This document shows positions 61,305 through 64,000 of a stretch of DNA of 64,000 nt, one piece after another. Origin of the DNA: Tubulanus polymorphus (Eukaryota > Animalia > Nemertea). The stretch is taken from NCBI RefSeq assembly GCF_964204645.1, contig NC_134025.1:23664299-23728298 (forward strand). The letters are read 5' to 3'. A model generated the notes under the pieces. The model ran no database searches. It was not told the origin of the DNA and saw nothing but the letters and a program-made list of their open reading frames with translations. Each line of letters begins with the position of its first letter. Positions within the stretch are counted from its first letter, which is position 1. The position numbers were made by a program, and so were the translations under genes.

Positions 61305-63073
61305 TTTACCAGATGACCATTCATATAGCTGAAAATATCATTTAAGTATAATTCCAAGGACATTCCTGTGATTGAGAGGTTAATGTGAATTTACGATATA
61401 TATTTCAAATGCTCAAAAATATCAGAGAATACCGGTAGGCTCAATGTTCATTAAGACATTTTGTTAATTAAACTATATGGATGTATATATGATTGTTGAA
61501 TGCCAATAATGCTTTGCACTGAATGTGGAAATATTTTACTCTGTTGTTAAGAATTTAGATGGTTACTTGGGTGTGCTATTTCTACCACAAAGTAAAGTAT
61601 GACACTATTTCTTGAAAATGCACATGGATTGCATTTGTTTGTTTATTTATTTATTTTTCTAATCTAGTCATAGTTATTCTTAGAGAATAGATTTTTATTG
61701 CTTAAGCTTTAAAAAGTTTTCACAATCTACAAAAAGTGGTACACTCATATCTGACACCAATATTAGATTGCATGATGTCCAATAGGACACAGTTCGACAG
61801 TAATGAGTTAGATTTTCAATTAGGCAATTTAACTCAGAACTGTGGAATTCTATTCTGTTATTTTTGTTTCTTTTACGAATCATCTAATGTTTCGACAGTT
61901 TGTTCAATCATATTCCTCAAATTGGTAGGTGATTATTTTTCTGAACTGTAACGATTCATGTTTATTTTGCTGTGTATGAAGAAAGTTTGGTGCTGATGTA
62001 TGTATACTGGTATATACAATGTATGTGTAGAACTCGGTACACATTGAGTATGTATTTTTTATTTATCTGACCAATAAAGCCTAGACATTCAAAAGATAAA
62101 TCATCCAGCGTACTTTTTTATACAATCGGGTATTTGGATTGCTCTCAATGCAGTGAATCCATAGATAACAAACCCAATCAGACATCCAAGTGTTGAATAA
62201 GTGTTGGCTTGTTTTCAAGTGGAGATACACTTGATTTAATAGGACTAGTCCAGGGCTGGGTTTTTAAGATGTGGAAGCAAAATAATCCCTGGGATCATTT
62301 TGCAATCTGTCAGTTACAACCATCTCATTGATACTTTGATGATTGTCACCCAGATTGAGGATTTATTAGGGGTAACTTTGGTACTCAGTCTATGAAACCA
62401 GGTCCAGAAAACGTAAATGACCGATATTATGGCAAGACTCGAGTGTTACACAAACAGAGGAACGGTGCTTTACAAAATGCTCAATTTATCATCATCATTA
62501 TTAACTATTATTAGGGAAAGGAAATTCACTAAAATCTACAAGCTTTTGGAACTCCAATATAACATTCTTTATTACCTGTCAAAATACAATCTGCTTGTAC
62601 AAACATACATTTTATGGTATCATACTGTAAAATATATTTTAATGAAGTACATATGTAATTCAACATTCATAACTCTAAGCAAATCTTGCCCATTTAGAAA
62701 CTTAATATCAGCCAGCAGCTTTCAGATTGACCAACTAGGTGAATCCAATTTCATAAAGTGACAGAAAATTAAAACCGGTATCAACTGGACTTTTCATATG
62801 TCTATCTGTTAACATGATCCACAACTATCATTAGAAAAAACATACAACACATTACTGTTCTGTTTACCAGTAGTTGAATATCCAAGCATCTTAGATTGAA
62901 TTCTTACACATTACTTATAATATGTCTTTGATTGATATCCACTGGACTATCCAATAAGGAGCACTAAGCTATCACTGTGTGATAAAAAATATCTTTATTT
63001 ACTTGAGTCAAGACTTAGGCACTGGTAAGCACAAACGGCCAAATTGAAATCTGTTCCATTAATTCAGTGTACA

Positions 63074-64000
63074 TCAAGATTTCGCAGATAGTTTTGATTT
63101 CAATATTTTAACGTGTTTGTTAGATATCATATAAGAATGTAGGTATCCGATTCCTGAGCAAAAAGTTGTGGCAGCAGTCAAATACCTGAAAAAATAATAA
63201 TTAAAAGTTAAGTTATGCCATTATTCAAAACTAAGTTATAGTATTAACCATATAGTCGGGCTATTCATATGAGGTTACTCACCATAGGCCTTGTAGATAT
63301 GGATGATCGATGTAGTCAAAAACTGGGGCAGCTATTGTAGCTGTAACTAGTGACAGTTGGATGGCAGTGTTCACCTAAATATGAATACACAAATATGGCC
63401 AGTGAAAAAAGTATTCCTATGCTGAACAAGCCTTATTGAAATTATTTTTGATGAATGAAGTCCTGAATGTTGAAACTTACTTATCAGTGACTTATTATAG
63501 TAAAGAACGAGAAATCATAATTACCTTGCTGATCAAAGAAGGCTGAAGTTCTGCAGTTGGCAATTTTACATCGAAATACCTAGCAACCGTTTTCTGGAAA
63601 TGAATAACAAGAACATTAAAAATATACAATGAGCACATCAATATACAGATTTTCAGTGATTAAAATTTCATTAAATTTTTAAATTTTTCATTTAGAATTC
63701 AAGTATTCTTAGAATACCTCACATGTATTACTTACAGGAGAGGGTAGAGTTTTATATCGGATAAAGCACACACCAGCTACCAGAAGAATATCCCTGCTAA
63801 TTATCAACAGAGCTAATGGAACTGAGAAACAAAAACAAAATTATAACCAAGCACAACAGATAAAATGCCTCATTTGCAAGTGTTGATATGATGAGTGTCT
63901 ATACTCACGCGGTAGAAGATTGACAGCGGTTAATGTAGCCATTAAAACAGTGACTAATATTTTATCCGCCAGAGGATCGAGTGCAGTTCCGAATGCACTT
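63074..64000 (-). CDS. CRLS1: Cardiolipin synthase (CDP-alcohol phosphatidyltransferase), 3' exons, partial
   Basis: Exons translate to [74 protein letters not shown] and [14 protein letters not shown]...; TGA at 63074. Confidence 0.9.

Overview
AT-rich, intron-dense animal (invertebrate, probably lophotrochozoan; inference) genomic DNA. From left to right: (1) the large terminal exon of a basic, disordered protein with LRIF1-like motifs (PxVxL and a C-terminal coiled coil); (2) a Helentron-type (HINE-like) repeat; (3) a 5'-truncated but ORF2-intact CR1/L2-group LINE with an SGNH-esterase ORF1, flanked by a perfect 15-bp inverted repeat; (4) a small spliced gene for a herpesvirus-tegument-like (VTD/peptidase C76) deubiquitinase, which the ORF track breaks up; (5) two + strand secreted antistasin-like multidomain genes; (6) a complete SMOC gene on the - strand; (7) a third antistasin-like gene (- strand) with 16 domains and a recent ~993-bp tandem expansion; (8) about 13 kb with no recognisable gene; (9) a small single-TM protein gene; (10) a (TA)n tract; (11) a complete GCN2/EIF2AK4 gene; (12) the 3' part of cardiolipin synthase CRLS1. 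The most striking system is the antistasin cluster. Each 6-Cys domain is one phase-1 exon, and many are separated by 12-24 nt micro-exons encoding little more than a KR/RxKR convertase site, so the genes look like polyproteins cut into a cocktail of small inhibitors or toxins with different P1 residues. Exon coordinates were worked out by hand from GT-AG signals and reading-frame phase, and no database search was run.
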